Of a DNA stretch of 64,000 nt, positions 11,558 to 26,500 are shown in pieces; position 1 is the first letter of the stretch; each line of letters opens with the position of its first letter. Source of the stretch: Eledone cirrhosa (lineage: Eukaryota); NCBI GenBank assembly GCA_964016885.1, contig OZ024742.1:359538001-359602000 (forward strand). The letters are read 5' to 3'. The notes below the pieces were generated by a model. It made no database searches. It was given only the letters and a program-made list of their open reading frames with translations, and was not told where the DNA came from. The position numbers were made by a program, and so were the translations under genes.

Positions 11558-14500
11558 ACTATTGTGGCAGATTTACACTTTCAGGTGAGAATACAGGGGC
11601 AAGGTGATATGAGGTATTGGCGACTATTGTGGCAGATTTACACTTTCAGGTGAGAATACAGGGGCAAGGTGATATGAGGTATTGGCGACTATTGTGGCAG
11701 ATTTACACTTTCAGGTGAGAATACAGGGGCAAGGTGATATGAGGTATTGGCAACTATTGTGGCAGATTTACACTTTCAGGTGATAATACAGGGGCAAGGT
11801 GATATGAGGTATTGGCGACTATTGTGGCAGATTTACACTTTCAGGTGAGAATACAGGGGCAAGGTGATATGAGGTATTGGCGACTATTGTGGCAGATTTA
11901 CACTTTCAGGTGAGAATACAGGGGCAAGGTGATATGAGGTATTGGCGACTATTGTGGCAGATTTACACTTTTAGGTGAGAATACAGGGGCAAGGTGATAT
12001 GAGGTATTGGCGACTATTGTGGCAGATTTACACTTTCAGGTGAGAATACAGGGGCAAGGTGATATGAGGTATTGGCAACTATTGTGGCAGATTTACACTT
12101 TCAGGTGATAATACAGGGGCAAGGTGATATGAGGTATTGGCGACTATTGTGGCAGATTTACACTTTCAGGTGAGAATACAGGGGCAAGGTGATATGAGGT
12201 ATTGGCGACTATTGTGGCAGATTTACACTTTCAGGTGAGAATACAGGGGCAATGTGATATGAGGTATTGGCGACTATTGTGGCAGATTTACACTTTCAGG
12301 TGAGAATACAGGATAAAGGTGATGTGAGATATTGGCGACTATTGTGGCAGATTTACACTTTCAGGTGAGAAAACAGGATCAAGGTGATATGAGGTATTGG
12401 CAACTATTGTGGTAGATTTACACTTTCAGGTGAGAATACAGGGGCAAGGTGATATGAGGTATTGGCGACTATTGTGGTAGATTTACACTTTCAGGTGAGA
12501 ATACAGGGGCAAGGTGATATGAGGTATTGCTGACTATTGTGACAGATTTACACTTTCAGGTGAGAATACAGGGGCAATGTGATATGAGGTATTGGCGACT
12601 ATTGTGGCAGATCTACACTTTCAGGTGAGAATACAGGATCAAGGTGATGTGAGGTATTGGCGACTATCGTGGCAGATTTACACTTTCAGGTGAGAATACA
12701 GGATCAAGGTGATGTGAGGTATTGGCGACTATTGTGGCAGATATACACTTTCAGGTGAGAAAACAGGATCAAGGTGATGTGAGGTATTGGCGACTATTGT
12801 GGCAGATTTACACTTTCAGGTGAGAAAACAGGATCAAGGTGATATGAGGTATTGGCAATTATTGTGGTAGATTTACACTTTCAGGTGAGATTACAGGGGC
12901 AAGGTGATATGAGGTAATGGCGACTATTGTGGTAGATTTACACTTTCAGGTGAGAATACAGGGGCAAGGTGATATGAGGTATTGCTGACTATTGTGACAG
13001 ATTTACACTTTCAGGTTAGAATACAGGGGCAAGGTGATATGAGGTATCGGAGATTATTGTAGTACATTTACACTTTCAAGTGAGAATACAGGGGCAAGGT
13101 GATATGAGGTATTGGCGACTATTGTGACAGATTTACAATGTCAGGTGAGAATACAGGAGCAATGTGATATGAGGTATCGGCGATTATTGTGGTAGATTTA
13201 CACTTTCAGGTGAGAATACAGGGGCAAGGTGATATGAGGTATTGCTGACTATTGTGACAGATTTACACTTTCAGGTGAGAATACAGGGGCAAGGTGATAT
13301 GAGGTATCGGCGATTATTGTGGTAGAATTACACTTTCAGGTGAGAATACAGGGGCAAGGTGATATGAGGTATTGGCGACTATTGTGGCAGATTTACACTT
13401 TCAGGTGAGAATACAGGGCAAGGTGATATGAGGTAATGGTGACTATTGTGGCAGATTTATACTTTCAGGTGAGAATACAGGGGCAAGGTGATATGAGGTA
13501 ATGGTGACTATTGTGGTAGATTTACACTTTCAGGTGAGAAAACAGGATCAAGGTGATATGAGGTATTGGCAACTATTGTGGTAGATTTACACTTTCAAGT
13601 GAGAATACAGGGGCAAGGTGATATGAGGTATTGGCAACTATTGTGGCAGATTTACACTTTCAGGTGAGAATACAGGATCAAGGTGATATGAGGTATCGGC
13701 GATTATTGTGGTAGATTCACACTTTCAAGTGAGAATACAGGGGCAAGGTGATATGAGGTATTGGCGACTATTGTGGCAGATTTACACTTTCAGGTGAGAA
13801 TACAGGAGCAATGTGATATGAGGTATTGGTGACTATTGTGGTAGATTTACACTTTCAGGTGAGAATACAGGGGCAAGGTGATATGAGGTATTGCTGACTA
13901 TTGTGACAGATTTACACTTTCAGGTGAGAATACAGGAGCAATGTGATATGAGGTATCAGCGATTATTGTGGTAGATTTACACTTTCAAGTGAGAATACAG
14001 GGGCAAGGTGATATGAGGTATTGGTGACTATTGTGGCAGATTTACACTTTCAGGTGAGAATACAGGAGCAATGTGATATGAGATATTGGCGACTATTGTG
14101 GTAGATTTACACTTTCAGGTGAGAATACAGGGGCAAGGAAATATGAGGTATTGTCGTCTATTGTGGTAGATTTACACTTACAGGTGAGAATACAGGATCA
14201 AGGTGATATGACGTATTGGCGACTATTGTGGCAGATTTACACTTTCAGGTGAGAATACAGGATCAAGGTGATATGACGTATTGGCGACTATTGTGGTAGA
14301 TTTACACTTTCAGGTGAGAATACAGGGGCAAGGTGATATGAGGTATTGGCGACTGTTGTGGCAGATTTACACTTTGAGGTGAGAATACAGGAGCAAGGTG
14401 ATATGAGGTATTGGCGACTATTGTGGCAGATTTACACTTTCAGGTGAGAATACAGGGGCAAGGTGATATGAGGTATTGGTGACTATTGTGGCAGATATAC

Positions 14501-17500
14501 ACTTTCAGGTGAGAATACAGGATCAAGGTGATATGAGGTATTGGCGTCTAATGTGGTAGAATTACACTTTCAGGTGAGAATACAGGGGCAAAGTGATATG
14601 AGGTATTGGCGACTATTGTGGTATATTTACACTTTCAGGTGAGAATACAGGATCAAAGTGATATGAGGTATTGGTGACTATTGTGGTAGATTTACACTTT
14701 CAGGTGAGAATACAGGATCAAAGTGATATGAGGTATTGGCGACTATTGTGGTAGATTTACACTTTCAGGTGAGAATACAGGATCAAAGTGATATGAGGTA
14801 TTGGCGACTATTGTGGTAAAGTTACACTTTCAGGTGAGAATACAGGATGAAAGTGATATGAGGTATTGGCGACTATTGTGGTAGATTTACACTTTCAGGT
14901 GAGAATACAGGATCAAAGTGATATGAGGTATTGGTGACTATTGTGGTAGATTTACACTTTCAGGTGAGAATACAGGATCAAAGTGATATGAGGTATTGGC
15001 GACTATTGTGGTAAAGTTACACTTTCAGGTGAGAATACAGGATGAAAGTGATATGAGGTATTGGCGACTATTGTGGTAGATTTACACTTTCAGGTGAGAA
15101 TACAGGATCAAAGTGATATGAGGTATTGGCGACTATTGTGGTAGATTTACACTTTCAGGTGAGAATACAGGATCAAAGTGATATGAGGTATTGGCGACTA
15201 TTGTGGTAGATTTACACTTTAAGGTGAGAATACAGGATCAAGGTGATATGAGGTATTGGCAACTATTGTGGTATATTTACACTTTCAGGTGAGAATACAG
15301 GATCAAGGTGATATGAGGTATTGGCGACTATTGTGGTAGATTTACGCTTTCAGGTGAAAATACAGGGGCAAAGTGATATGAGGTATTGGCGTCTACTGTG
15401 AAAGATTTACACTTTCAGGTGAGAATACAGGGGCAAGGTGATATGAGGTATTGGCAACTATTGTGGTAGATTTACACTTTCAAGTGAGAATACAGGGGCA
15501 AGGTGATATGAGGTATTGGCAACTATTGTGGCAGATTTACACTTTCAGGTGAGAATACAGGATCAAGGTGATATGAGGTATCGGCGATTATTGTGGTAGA
15601 TTCACACTTTCAAGTGAGAATACAGGGGCAAGGTGATATGAGGTATTGCTGACTATTGTGACAGATTTACACTTTCAGGTGAGAATACAGGAGCAATGTG
15701 ATATGAGGTATCAGCGATTATTGTGGTAGATTTACACTTTCAAGTGGGAATACAGGGGCAATGTGATATGAGGTATTGGTGACTATTGTGGCAGATTTAC
15801 ACTTTCAGGTGAGAATACAGGAGCAATGTGATATGAGGTATTGGCGACTATTGTGGTAGATTTACAATTTCAGGTGAGAATACAGTGGCAAGGAGATATG
15901 AGGTATTGTCGTCTATTGTGGTAGATTTACACTTTCAGGTGAGAATACAGGATCAAGGTGATATGACGTATTGGCGACTATTGTGGCAGATTTACACTTT
16001 CAGGTGAGAATACCGGATCAAGGTGATATGACGTATTGGCGACTATTGTGGTAGATTTACACTTTCAGGTGAGAATACAGGGGCTAGGTGATATGAGGTA
16101 TTGGCGACGGTTGTGGCAGATTTACACTTTGAGGTGAGAATACAGGGGCAAGGTGATATGAGGTATTGGCGACTATTGTGGCAGATTTACACTTTCAGGT
16201 GAGAATACAGGGGCAAGGTGATATGAGGTATTGGTGACTATTGTGGCAGATATACACTTTCAGGTGAGAATACAGGATCAAAGTGATATGAGGTATTGGC
16301 GTCTATTGTGGTAGATTTACACTTTCAGGTGAGAATAGAGGATCAAAGTGATATGTGGTATTGGCGACTATTGTGGTAAAGTTACACTTTCAGGTGAGAA
16401 TACAGGATGAAAGTGATATGAGGTATTGGCGACTATTGTGGTAGATTTACACTTTCAGGTGAGAATACAGGATCAAAGTGATATGAGGTAGTGGCGACTA
16501 TTGTGGTAGATTTACACTTTCAGGTGAGAATACAGGATCAAGGTGATATGAGGTATTGGCAACTATTGTGGTATATTTACACTTTCAGGTGAGAATACAG
16601 GATCAAGGTGATATGAGGTATTGGCAACTATTGTGGTATATTTACACTTTCAGGTGAGAATACAGGGGCAAGGTGATATGAGGTATTGGCGACTATTGTG
16701 GTAGATTTACACTTTCAGGTGAAAATACAGGGGCAAAGTGATATGAGGTATTGGCGTCTACTGTGAAAGATTTACACTTTCAGGTGAGAATACAGGATGA
16801 AAGTGATATGAGGTATTGGCGTCTACTGTGGTAGATTTACACTTTCAGGTGAGAATACAGGATCAAGGCGATATGAGGTATTGGCGACTATTGTGGTAGA
16901 TTTACACTTTCAGGTGAGAATACAGGATCAAGGTGATATGAGGTATTGGCGACTATTGTGGTAGATTTACACTTTCAGGTGAGAATACAGGATCAAGGTG
17001 ATATGAGGTATTGGCGACTATTGTGACAGATTTACACTTTCAGGTGAGAATACAGGAGCAATGTGATATGAGGTATCAGCGATTATTGTGGTAGATTTAC
17101 ACTTTCAGGTGAGAATACAGGAGCAATGTGATATGAGGTATTGGTGACTATTGTGGTAGATTTACACTTTCAGGTGAGAATACAGGGGCAAGGTGATATG
17201 ACGTATTGCTGACTATTGTGACAGATTTACACTTTCAGGTGAGAATACAGGAGCAATGTGATATGAGGTATCAGCGATTATTGTGGTAGATTTACACTTT
17301 CAAGTGAGAATACAGGGGCAAGGTGATATGACGTATTGGCGACTATTGTGGCAGATTTACACTTTCAGGTGAGAATACAGGATCAAGGTGATATGACGTA
17401 TTGGCGACTATTGTGGTAGATTTACACTTTCAGGTGAGAATACAGGGGCAAGGTGATATGAGGTATTGGCGACTGTTGTGGCAGTTTTACACTTTCAGGT

Positions 17501-20500
17501 GAGAATACAGGGGCAAGGTGATATGAGGTATTGGCGACTATTGTGGTATATTTACACTTTCAAGTGAGAATACAGGATCAAAGTGATATGAGGTATTGGC
17601 GACTATTGTGGTAGATTTACACTTTCAGGTGAGAATACAGGATCAAAGTGATATGAGGTATTGGCGACTATTGTGGTAAAGTTACACTTTCAGGTGAGAA
17701 TACAGGATGAAAGTGATATGAGGTATTGGCGACTATTGTGGTAGATTTACACTTTCAGGTGAGAATACAGGATCAAAGTGATATGAGGTATTGGCGACTA
17801 TTGTGGTAAAGTTACACTTTCAGGTGAGAATACAGGATGAAAGTGATATGAGGTATTGGCGACTATTGTGGTAGATTTACACTTTCAGGTGAGAATACAG
17901 GATCAAAGTGATATGAGGTATTGGCGACTATTGTGGTAGATTTACACTTTCAGGTGAGAATACAGGATCAAGGTGATATGAGGTATTGGCAACTATTGTG
18001 GTAGATTTACACTTTCAGGTGAGAATACAGGATCAATGTGATATGACGTATTGGCGACTATTGTGGTAGATTTACACTTTCAGGTGAGAATACAGGGGCA
18101 AGGTGATATGAGGTATTGGCGACTGTTGTGGCAGATTTACACTTTGAGGTGAGAAAACAGGGGCAAGGTGATATGAGGTATTGGCGACTATTGTGGTAGA
18201 TTTACACTTTCAGGTGAAAATACAGGGGCAAGGAGATATGAGGTATTGTCGTCTATTGTGGTAGATTTACACTTTCAGGTGAGAATACAGGATCAAGGTG
18301 ATATGACGTATTGGCGACTATTGTGGCAGATTTACACTTTCAGGTGAGAATACAGGATCAATGTGATATGACGTATTGGCGACTATTGTGGTAGATTTAC
18401 ACTTTCAGGTGAGAATACAGGGGCAAGGTGATATGAGGTATTGGCGACTGTTGTGGCAGATTTACACTTTGAGGTGAGAAAACAGGGGCAAGGTGATATG
18501 AGGTATTGGCGACTATTGTGGCAGATTTACACTTTCAGGTGAGAATACAGGGGCAAGGTGATATGAGGTATTGGTGACTATTGTGGCAGATATACACTTT
18601 CAGGTGAGAATACAGAATCAAGGTGATATGAGGTATTGGCGTCTAATGTGGTAGAATTACACTTTCAGGTGAGAATACAGGGGCAAAGTGATATGAGGTA
18701 TTGGCGACTATTGTGGTATATTTACACTTTCAGGTGAGAATACAGGATCAAAGTGATATGACGTATTGGCGACTATTGTGGTAGATTTACACGTTCAGGT
18801 GAGAATACAGGATAAAAGTGATATGAGGTATTGGCGACTATTGTGGTAAAGTTACACTTTCAGGTGAGAATACAGGATGAAAGTGATATGAGGTATTGGC
18901 GACTATTGTGGTAGATTTACACTTTCAGGTGAAAATGCAGGGGCAAAGTGATATGAGGTATTGGCGTCTACTGTGAAAGATTTACACTTTCAGGTGAGAA
19001 TACAGGATCAAGGCGATATGAGGTATTGGCGACTATTGTGGTAGATTTACACTTTCAGGTGAGAATACAGGATCAAGGTGATATGAGGTATCGGCGATTA
19101 TTGTGGTAGATTTACACTTTCAGGTGAGAATACAGGATCATGGTGATATGAGGTATCGGCGATTATTGTGGTAGATTTACACTTTCAGGTGAGAATACAG
19201 GGGCAAGGTGATATGAGGTATTGGCGACTATTGTGGTAGATTTACACTTTCAGGTGAGAATACAGGATCAAGGTGATATGAGGTATCGGCGACTATTGTG
19301 GTAGATTTACACTTTCAGGTGAGAATACAGGATCATGGTGATATGAGGTATTGGCGACTATTGTGGTAGATTTACACTTTCACGTGAGAATACAGGGGCA
19401 AGGTGATATGACGTATTGCTGACTATTGTGACAGATTTACACTTTCAGGTGAGAATACAGGAGCAATGTGATATGAGGTATCAGCGACTATTGTGGTAGA
19501 TTCACACTTTCAAGTGAGAATACAGGGGCAAGGTGATATGAGGTATTGGCGACTATTGTGGCAGATTTACACTTTCAGGTGAGAATACAGGAGCAATGTG
19601 ATATGAGGTATTGGTGACTATTGTGGTAGATTTACACTTTCACGTGAGAATACAGGGGCAAGGTGATATGACGTATTGCTGACTATTGTGACAGATTTAC
19701 ACTTTCAGGTGAGAATACAGGAGCAATGTGATATGAGGTATCAGCGATTATTGTGGTAGATTTACACTTTCAAGTGAGAATACAGGGGCAAGGTGATATG
19801 AGGTATTGGTGACTATTGTGGCAGATTTACACTTTCAGGTGAGAATACAGGAGCAATGTGATATGAGGTATTGGCGACTATTGTGGTAGATTTACACTTT
19901 CAGGTGAGAATACAGGGGCAAGGATATATGAGGTATTGTCGTCTATTGTGGTAGATTTACACTTTCAGGTGAGAATACAGGATCAAGGTGATATGACGTA
20001 TTGGCGACTATTGTGGCAGATTTACACTTTCAGGTGAGAATACAGGATCAATGTGATATGACGTATTGGCGACTATTGTGGTAGATTTACACTTTCAGGT
20101 GAGAATACAGGGGCAAGGTGATATGAGGTATTGGCGACTGTTGTGGCAGATTTACACTTTGAGGTGAGAAAACAGGGGCAAGGTGATATGAGGTATTGGC
20201 GACTATTGTGGCAGATTTACACTTTCAGGTGAGAATACAGGGGCAAGGTGATATGAGGTATTGGTGACTATTGTGGCAGATATACACTTTCAGGTGAGAA
20301 TACAGAATCAAGGTGATATGAGGTATTGGCGTCTAATGTGGTAGAATTACACTTTCAGGTGAGAATACAGGGGCAAAGTGATATGAGGTATTGGCGACTA
20401 TTGTGGTATATTTACACTTTCAGGTGAGAATACAGGATCAAAGTGATATGACGTATTGGCGACTATTGTGGTAGATTTACACGTTCAGGTGAGAATACAG

Positions 20501-23500
20501 GATAAAAGTGATATGAGGTATTGGCGACTATTGTGGTAAAGTTACACTTTCAGGTGAGAATACAGGATGAAAGTGATATGAGGTATTGGCGACTATTGTG
20601 GTAGATTTACACTTTCAGGTGAAAATGCAGGGGCAAAGTGATATGAGGTATTGGCGTCTACTGTGAAAGATTTACACTTTCAGGTGAGAATACAGGATCA
20701 AGGCGATATGAGGTATTGGCGACTATTGTGGTAGATTTACACTTTCAGGTGAGAATACAGGATCAAGGTGATATGAGGTATTGGCGACTATTGTGGTAGA
20801 TTTACACTTTCAGGTGAGAATACAGGATCAAGGTGATATGAGGTATTGGCGACTATTGTGGTAGATTTACACTTTCAGGTGAGAATACAGGATCAAGGTG
20901 ATATGAGGTATCGGCGATTATTGTGGTAGATTTACACTTTCAGGTGAGAATACAGGGGCAAGGTGATATGAGGTATTGGCGACTATTGTGGTAGATTTAC
21001 ACTTTCACGTGAGAATACAGGATCAAGGTGATATGAGGTATTGGCGACTATTGTGGTAGATTTACACTTTCAGGTGAGAATACAGGATCAAGGTGATATG
21101 AGGTATTGGCGACTATTGTGGTAGATTTACACTTTCAGGTGAGAATACAGGATCAAGGTGATATGAGGTATCGGCGATTATTGTGGTAGATTTACACTTT
21201 CAGGTGAGAATACAGGGGCAAGGTGATATGAGGTATTGGCGACTATTGTGGTAGATTTACACTTTCACGTGAGAATACAGGGGCAAGGTGATATGACGTA
21301 TTGCTGACTATTGTGACAGATTTACACTTTCAGGTGAGAATACAGGAGCAATGTGATATGAGGTATCAGCGACTATTGTGGTAGATTCACACTTTCAAGT
21401 GAGAATACAGGGGCAAGGTGATATGAGGTATTGGCGACTATTGTGGCAGATTTACACTTTCAGGTGAGAATACAGGAGCAATGTGATATGAGGTATTGGT
21501 GACTATTGTGGTAGATTTACACTTTCACGTGAGAATACAGGGGCAAGGTGATATGACGTATTGCTGACTATTGTGACAGATTTACACTTTCAGGTGAGAA
21601 TACAGGAGCAATGTGATATGAGGTATCAGCGATTATTGTGGTAGATTTACACTTTCAAGTGAGAATACAGGGGCAAGGTGATATGAGGTATTGGTGACTA
21701 TTGTGGCAGATTTACACTTTCAGGTGAGAATACAGGAGCAATGTGATATGAGGTATTGGCGACTATTGTGGTAGATTTACACTTTCAGGTGAGAATACAG
21801 GGGCAAGGATATATGAGGTATTGTCGTCTATTGTGGTAGATTTACACTTTCAGGTGAGAATACAGGATGAAAGTGATATGAGGTATTGGCGACTATTGTG
21901 GTAGATTTACACTTTCAGGTGAGAATACAGGATGAAAGTGATATGAGGTATTGGCGACTATTGTGGTAGATTTACACTTTCAGGTGAGAATACAGGATCA
22001 AAGTGATATGAGGTATTGGCGACTATTGTGGTATATTTACACTTTCAGGTGAGAATACAGGATCAAGGTGATATGAGGTATTGGCAACTATTGTGGTATA
22101 TTTACACTTTCAGGTGAGAATACAGGATCAAGGTGATATGAGGTATTGGCAACTATTGTGGTAGATTTACACTTTCAGGTGAAAATACAGGGGCAAAGTG
22201 ATATGAGGTATTGGCGTCTACTGTGAAAGATTTACACTTTCAGGTGAGAATACAGGGGCAAGGTGATATGAGGTATTGGTGACTATTGTGGTAGATTTAC
22301 ACTTTCAGGTGAGAATACAGGATCAAGGTGATATGACGTATTGGCGACTATTGTGGCAGATTTACACTTTCAGGTGAGAATACAGGATCAATGTGATATG
22401 ACGTATTGGCGACTATTGTGGTAGATTTACACTTTCAGGTGAGAATACAGGATCAAGGTGATATGAGGTATTGGCAACTATTGTGGTATATTTACACTTT
22501 CAGGTGAGAATACAGGATCAAGGTGATATGAGGTATTGGCAACTATTGTGGTAGATTTACACTTTCAGGTGAGAATACAGGGGCAAGGTGATATGAGGTA
22601 TTGGTGACTATTGTGGTAGATTTACACTTTCAGGTGAGAATACAGGATCAAGGTGATATGAGGTATTGGCGACTATTGTGGTAGATTTACACTTTCAGGT
22701 GAGAATACAGGGGCAAGGTGATATGAGGTATTGGTGACTATTGTGGTAGATTTACACTTTCAGGTGAGAATACAGGATCAAGGTGATATGAGGTATTGGC
22801 GACTATTGTGGTAGATTTACACTTTCAGGTGAGAATACAGGATCAATGTGATATGACGTATTGGCGACTATTGTGGTAGATTTACACTTTCAGGTGAGAA
22901 TACAGGGGCAAGGTGATATGAGGTATTGGTGACTATTGTGGTAGATTTACACTTTCAGGTGAGAATACAGGATCAAGGTGATATGAGGTATTGGCGACTA
23001 TTGTGGTAGATTTACACTTTCAGGTGAGAATACAGGATCAATGTGATATGACGTATTGGCGACTATTGTGGTAGATTTACACTTTCAGGTGAGAATACAG
23101 GGGCAAGGTGATATGAGGTATTGGCGACTGTTGTGGCAGATTTACACTTTGAGGTGAGAAAACAAGGGCAAGGTGATATGAGGTATTGGCGACTATTGTG
23201 GCAGATTTACACTTTCAGGTGAGAATACAGGGGCAAGGTGATATGAGGTATTGGTGACTATTGTGGCAGATATACACTTTCAGGTGAGAATACAGGATCA
23301 AGGTGATATGAGGTATTGGCGTCTAATGTGGTAGATTTACACTTTCAGGTGAGAATACAGGATCAAGGTGATATGAGGTATTGGCGACTGTTGTGGTAGA
23401 TTTACACTTTCAGGTGAAAATGCAGGGGCAAAGTGATATGAGGTATTGGCGACTATTGTGGTATATTTACACTTTCAGGTGAGAATACAGGATCAAAGTG

Positions 23501-26500
23501 ATATGAGGTATTGGTGACTATTGTGGTAGATTTACACGTTCAGGTGAGAATACAGGATAAAAGTGATATGAGGTATTGGCGACTATTGTGGTAAAGTTAC
23601 ACTTTCAGGTGAGAATACAGGATGAAAGTGATATGAGGTATTGGCGACTATTGTGGTAGATTTACACTTTCAGGTGAGAATACAGGATCAAAGTGATATG
23701 AGGTATTGGCGACTATTGTGGTAGATTTACACTTTCAGGTGAGAATACAGGATCAAGGTGATATGAGGTATTGGCAACTATTGTGGTATATTTACACTTT
23801 CAGGTGAGAATACAGGATCAAGGTGATATGAGGTATTGGCGACTGTTGTGGTAGATTTACACTTTCAGGTGAAAATGCAGGGGCAAAGTGATATGAGGTA
23901 TTGGCGTCTACTGTGAAAGATTTACACTTTCAGGTGAGAATACAGGATCAAGGCGATATGAGGTATTGGCGACTATTGTGGTAGATTTACACTTTCAGGT
24001 GAGAATCCAGGATCAAGGTGATATGAGGTATTGGCGACTATTGTGGTAGATTTACACTTTCAGGTGAGAATACAGGATCAAGGTGATATGAGGTATCGGC
24101 GATTATTGTGGTAGATTCACACTTTCAAGTGAGAATACAGGGGCAAGGTGATATGAGGTATTGGCGACTATTGTGGCAGATTTACACTTTCAGGTGAGAA
24201 TACAGGAGCAATGTGATATGAGGTATTGGTGACTATTGTGGTAGATTTACACTTTCACGTGAGAATACAGGGGCAAGGTGATATGACGTATTGCTGACTA
24301 TTGTGACAGATTTACACTTTCAGGTGAGAATACAGGAGCAATGTGATATGAGGTATCAGCGATTATTGTGGTAGATTTACACTTTCAAGTGAGAATACAG
24401 GGGCAAGGTGATATGAGGTATTGGTGACTATTGTGGCAGATTTACACTTTCAGGTGAGAATACAGGAGCAATGTGATATGAGGTATTGGCGACTATTGTG
24501 GTAGATTTACACTTTCAGGTGAGAATACAGGGGCAAGGATATATGAGGTATTGTCGTCTATTGTGGTAGATTTACACTTTCAGGTGAGAATACAGGATCA
24601 AGGTGATATGACGTATTGGCGACTATTGTGGCAGATTTACACTTTCAGGTGAGAATACAGGATCAAGGTGATATGACGTATTGGCGACTATTGTGGTAGA
24701 TTTACACTTTCAGGTGAGAATACAGGGGCAAGTGATATGAGGTATTGGCGACTGTTGTGGCAGATTTACACTTTGAGGTGAGAATACAGGGGCAATGTGA
24801 TATGAGGTATTGGCGACTATTGTGGCAGATTTACACTTTCAGGTGAGAATACAGGGGCAAGGTGATATGAGGTATTGGTGACTATTGTGGCAGATATACA
24901 CTTTCAGGTGAGAATACAGGATCAATGTGATATGAGGTATTGGCGTCTAATGTGGTAGAATTACACTTTCAGGTGAGAATACAGGGGCAAAGTGATATGA
25001 GGTATTGGCGACTATTGTGGTATATTTACACTTTCAGATGAGAATACAGGATCAAAGTGATATGAGGTATTGGCGACTATTGTGGTAGATTTACACTTTC
25101 AGGTGAGAATACAGGATCAAGGTGATATGAGGTATTGGCAACTATTGTGGTAGATTTACACTTTCAGGTGAGAATACAGGATCAAGGTGATATGAGGTAT
25201 TGGCGACTATTGTGGTAGATTTACACTTTCAGGTGAAAATACAGGGCCAAAGTGATATGAGGTATTGGCGTCTACTGTGAAAGATTTACACTTTCAGGTG
25301 AGAATACAGGGGCAAGGTGATATGAGGTATTGGTGACTATTGTGGTATATTTACACTTTCAGGTGAAAATACAGGGGCAAAGTGATATGAGGTATTGGCG
25401 TCTACTGTGGTAGATTTACACTTTCAGGTGAGAATACAGGATCAAGGCGATATGAGGTATTGGCGACTATTGTGGTAGATTTACACTTTCAGGTGAGAAT
25501 ACAGGATCAAGGTGATATGAGGTATTGGCGACTATTGTGGTAGATTTACACTTTCAGGTGAGAATACAGGATCAAGGTGATATGAGGTATTGGCGTCTAC
25601 TGTGGTAGATTAACACTTTCAGGTGAGAATACAGGATCAAGATGATATGAGGTATTGGCGACTATTGTGGTAGATTTACACTTTCAGGTGAGAATACAGG
25701 ATCAAGGTGATATGAGGTATTGGCGACTATTGTGGTAGATTTACACTTTCAGGTGAGAATACAGGATCAAGGTGATATGAGGTATTGGCGACTATTGTGG
25801 TAGATTTACACTTTCAGGTGAGAATACAGGGGCAAGGTGATATTAGGTATTAGTGACTATTGTGGTAGATTTACACTTTCAGGTGAGAATACAGGATCAA
25901 GGTGATATGAGGTATTGGCGACTATTGTGGTAGATTTACACTTTCAGGTGAGAATACAGGATCAAGGTGATATGAGGTATTGGTGACTATTGTGGTAGAT
26001 TTACACTTTCAGGTGAGAATACAGGATCAAGGTGATATGACGTATTGGCGACTATTGTGGTAGATTTACACTTTCAGGTGAGAATAAAGGGGCAAGGTGA
26101 TATGAGGTAATGGTGACTATTGTGGCAGATTTACACTTTCAGGTGAGAATACAGGGGCAAGGTGATATGAGGTAATGGTGACTATTGTGGCAGATTTACA
26201 CTTTCAGGTGAGAAAACAGGATCAAGGTGATATGAGGTATTGGCGACTATTGTGGTAGATTTACACTTTCAGGTGAGAATACAGGGGCAAGGTGATATGA
26301 GGTATTGGCAACTATTGTGGTAGATTTACACTTTCAAGTGAGAATACAGGGGCAAGGTGATATGAGGTATTGGCAACTATTGTGGCAGATTTACACTTTC
26401 AGGTGAGAATACAGGAGCAATGTGATATGAGGTATTGGTGACTATTGTGGTAGATTTACACTTTCAGGTGAGAATACAGGGGCAAGGTGATATGAGGTAT

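Noticed and set aside
16822-16836. TCTACTGTGGTAGAT resembles the Cas12a direct-repeat stem (TCTACTGTTGTAGAT), and the 65-bp period is CRISPR-like
   Set aside because: There are no unique spacers (the whole unit repeats), the match is a minority variant lacking the AATT 5' part, there are no cas genes, and the context is eukaryotic.
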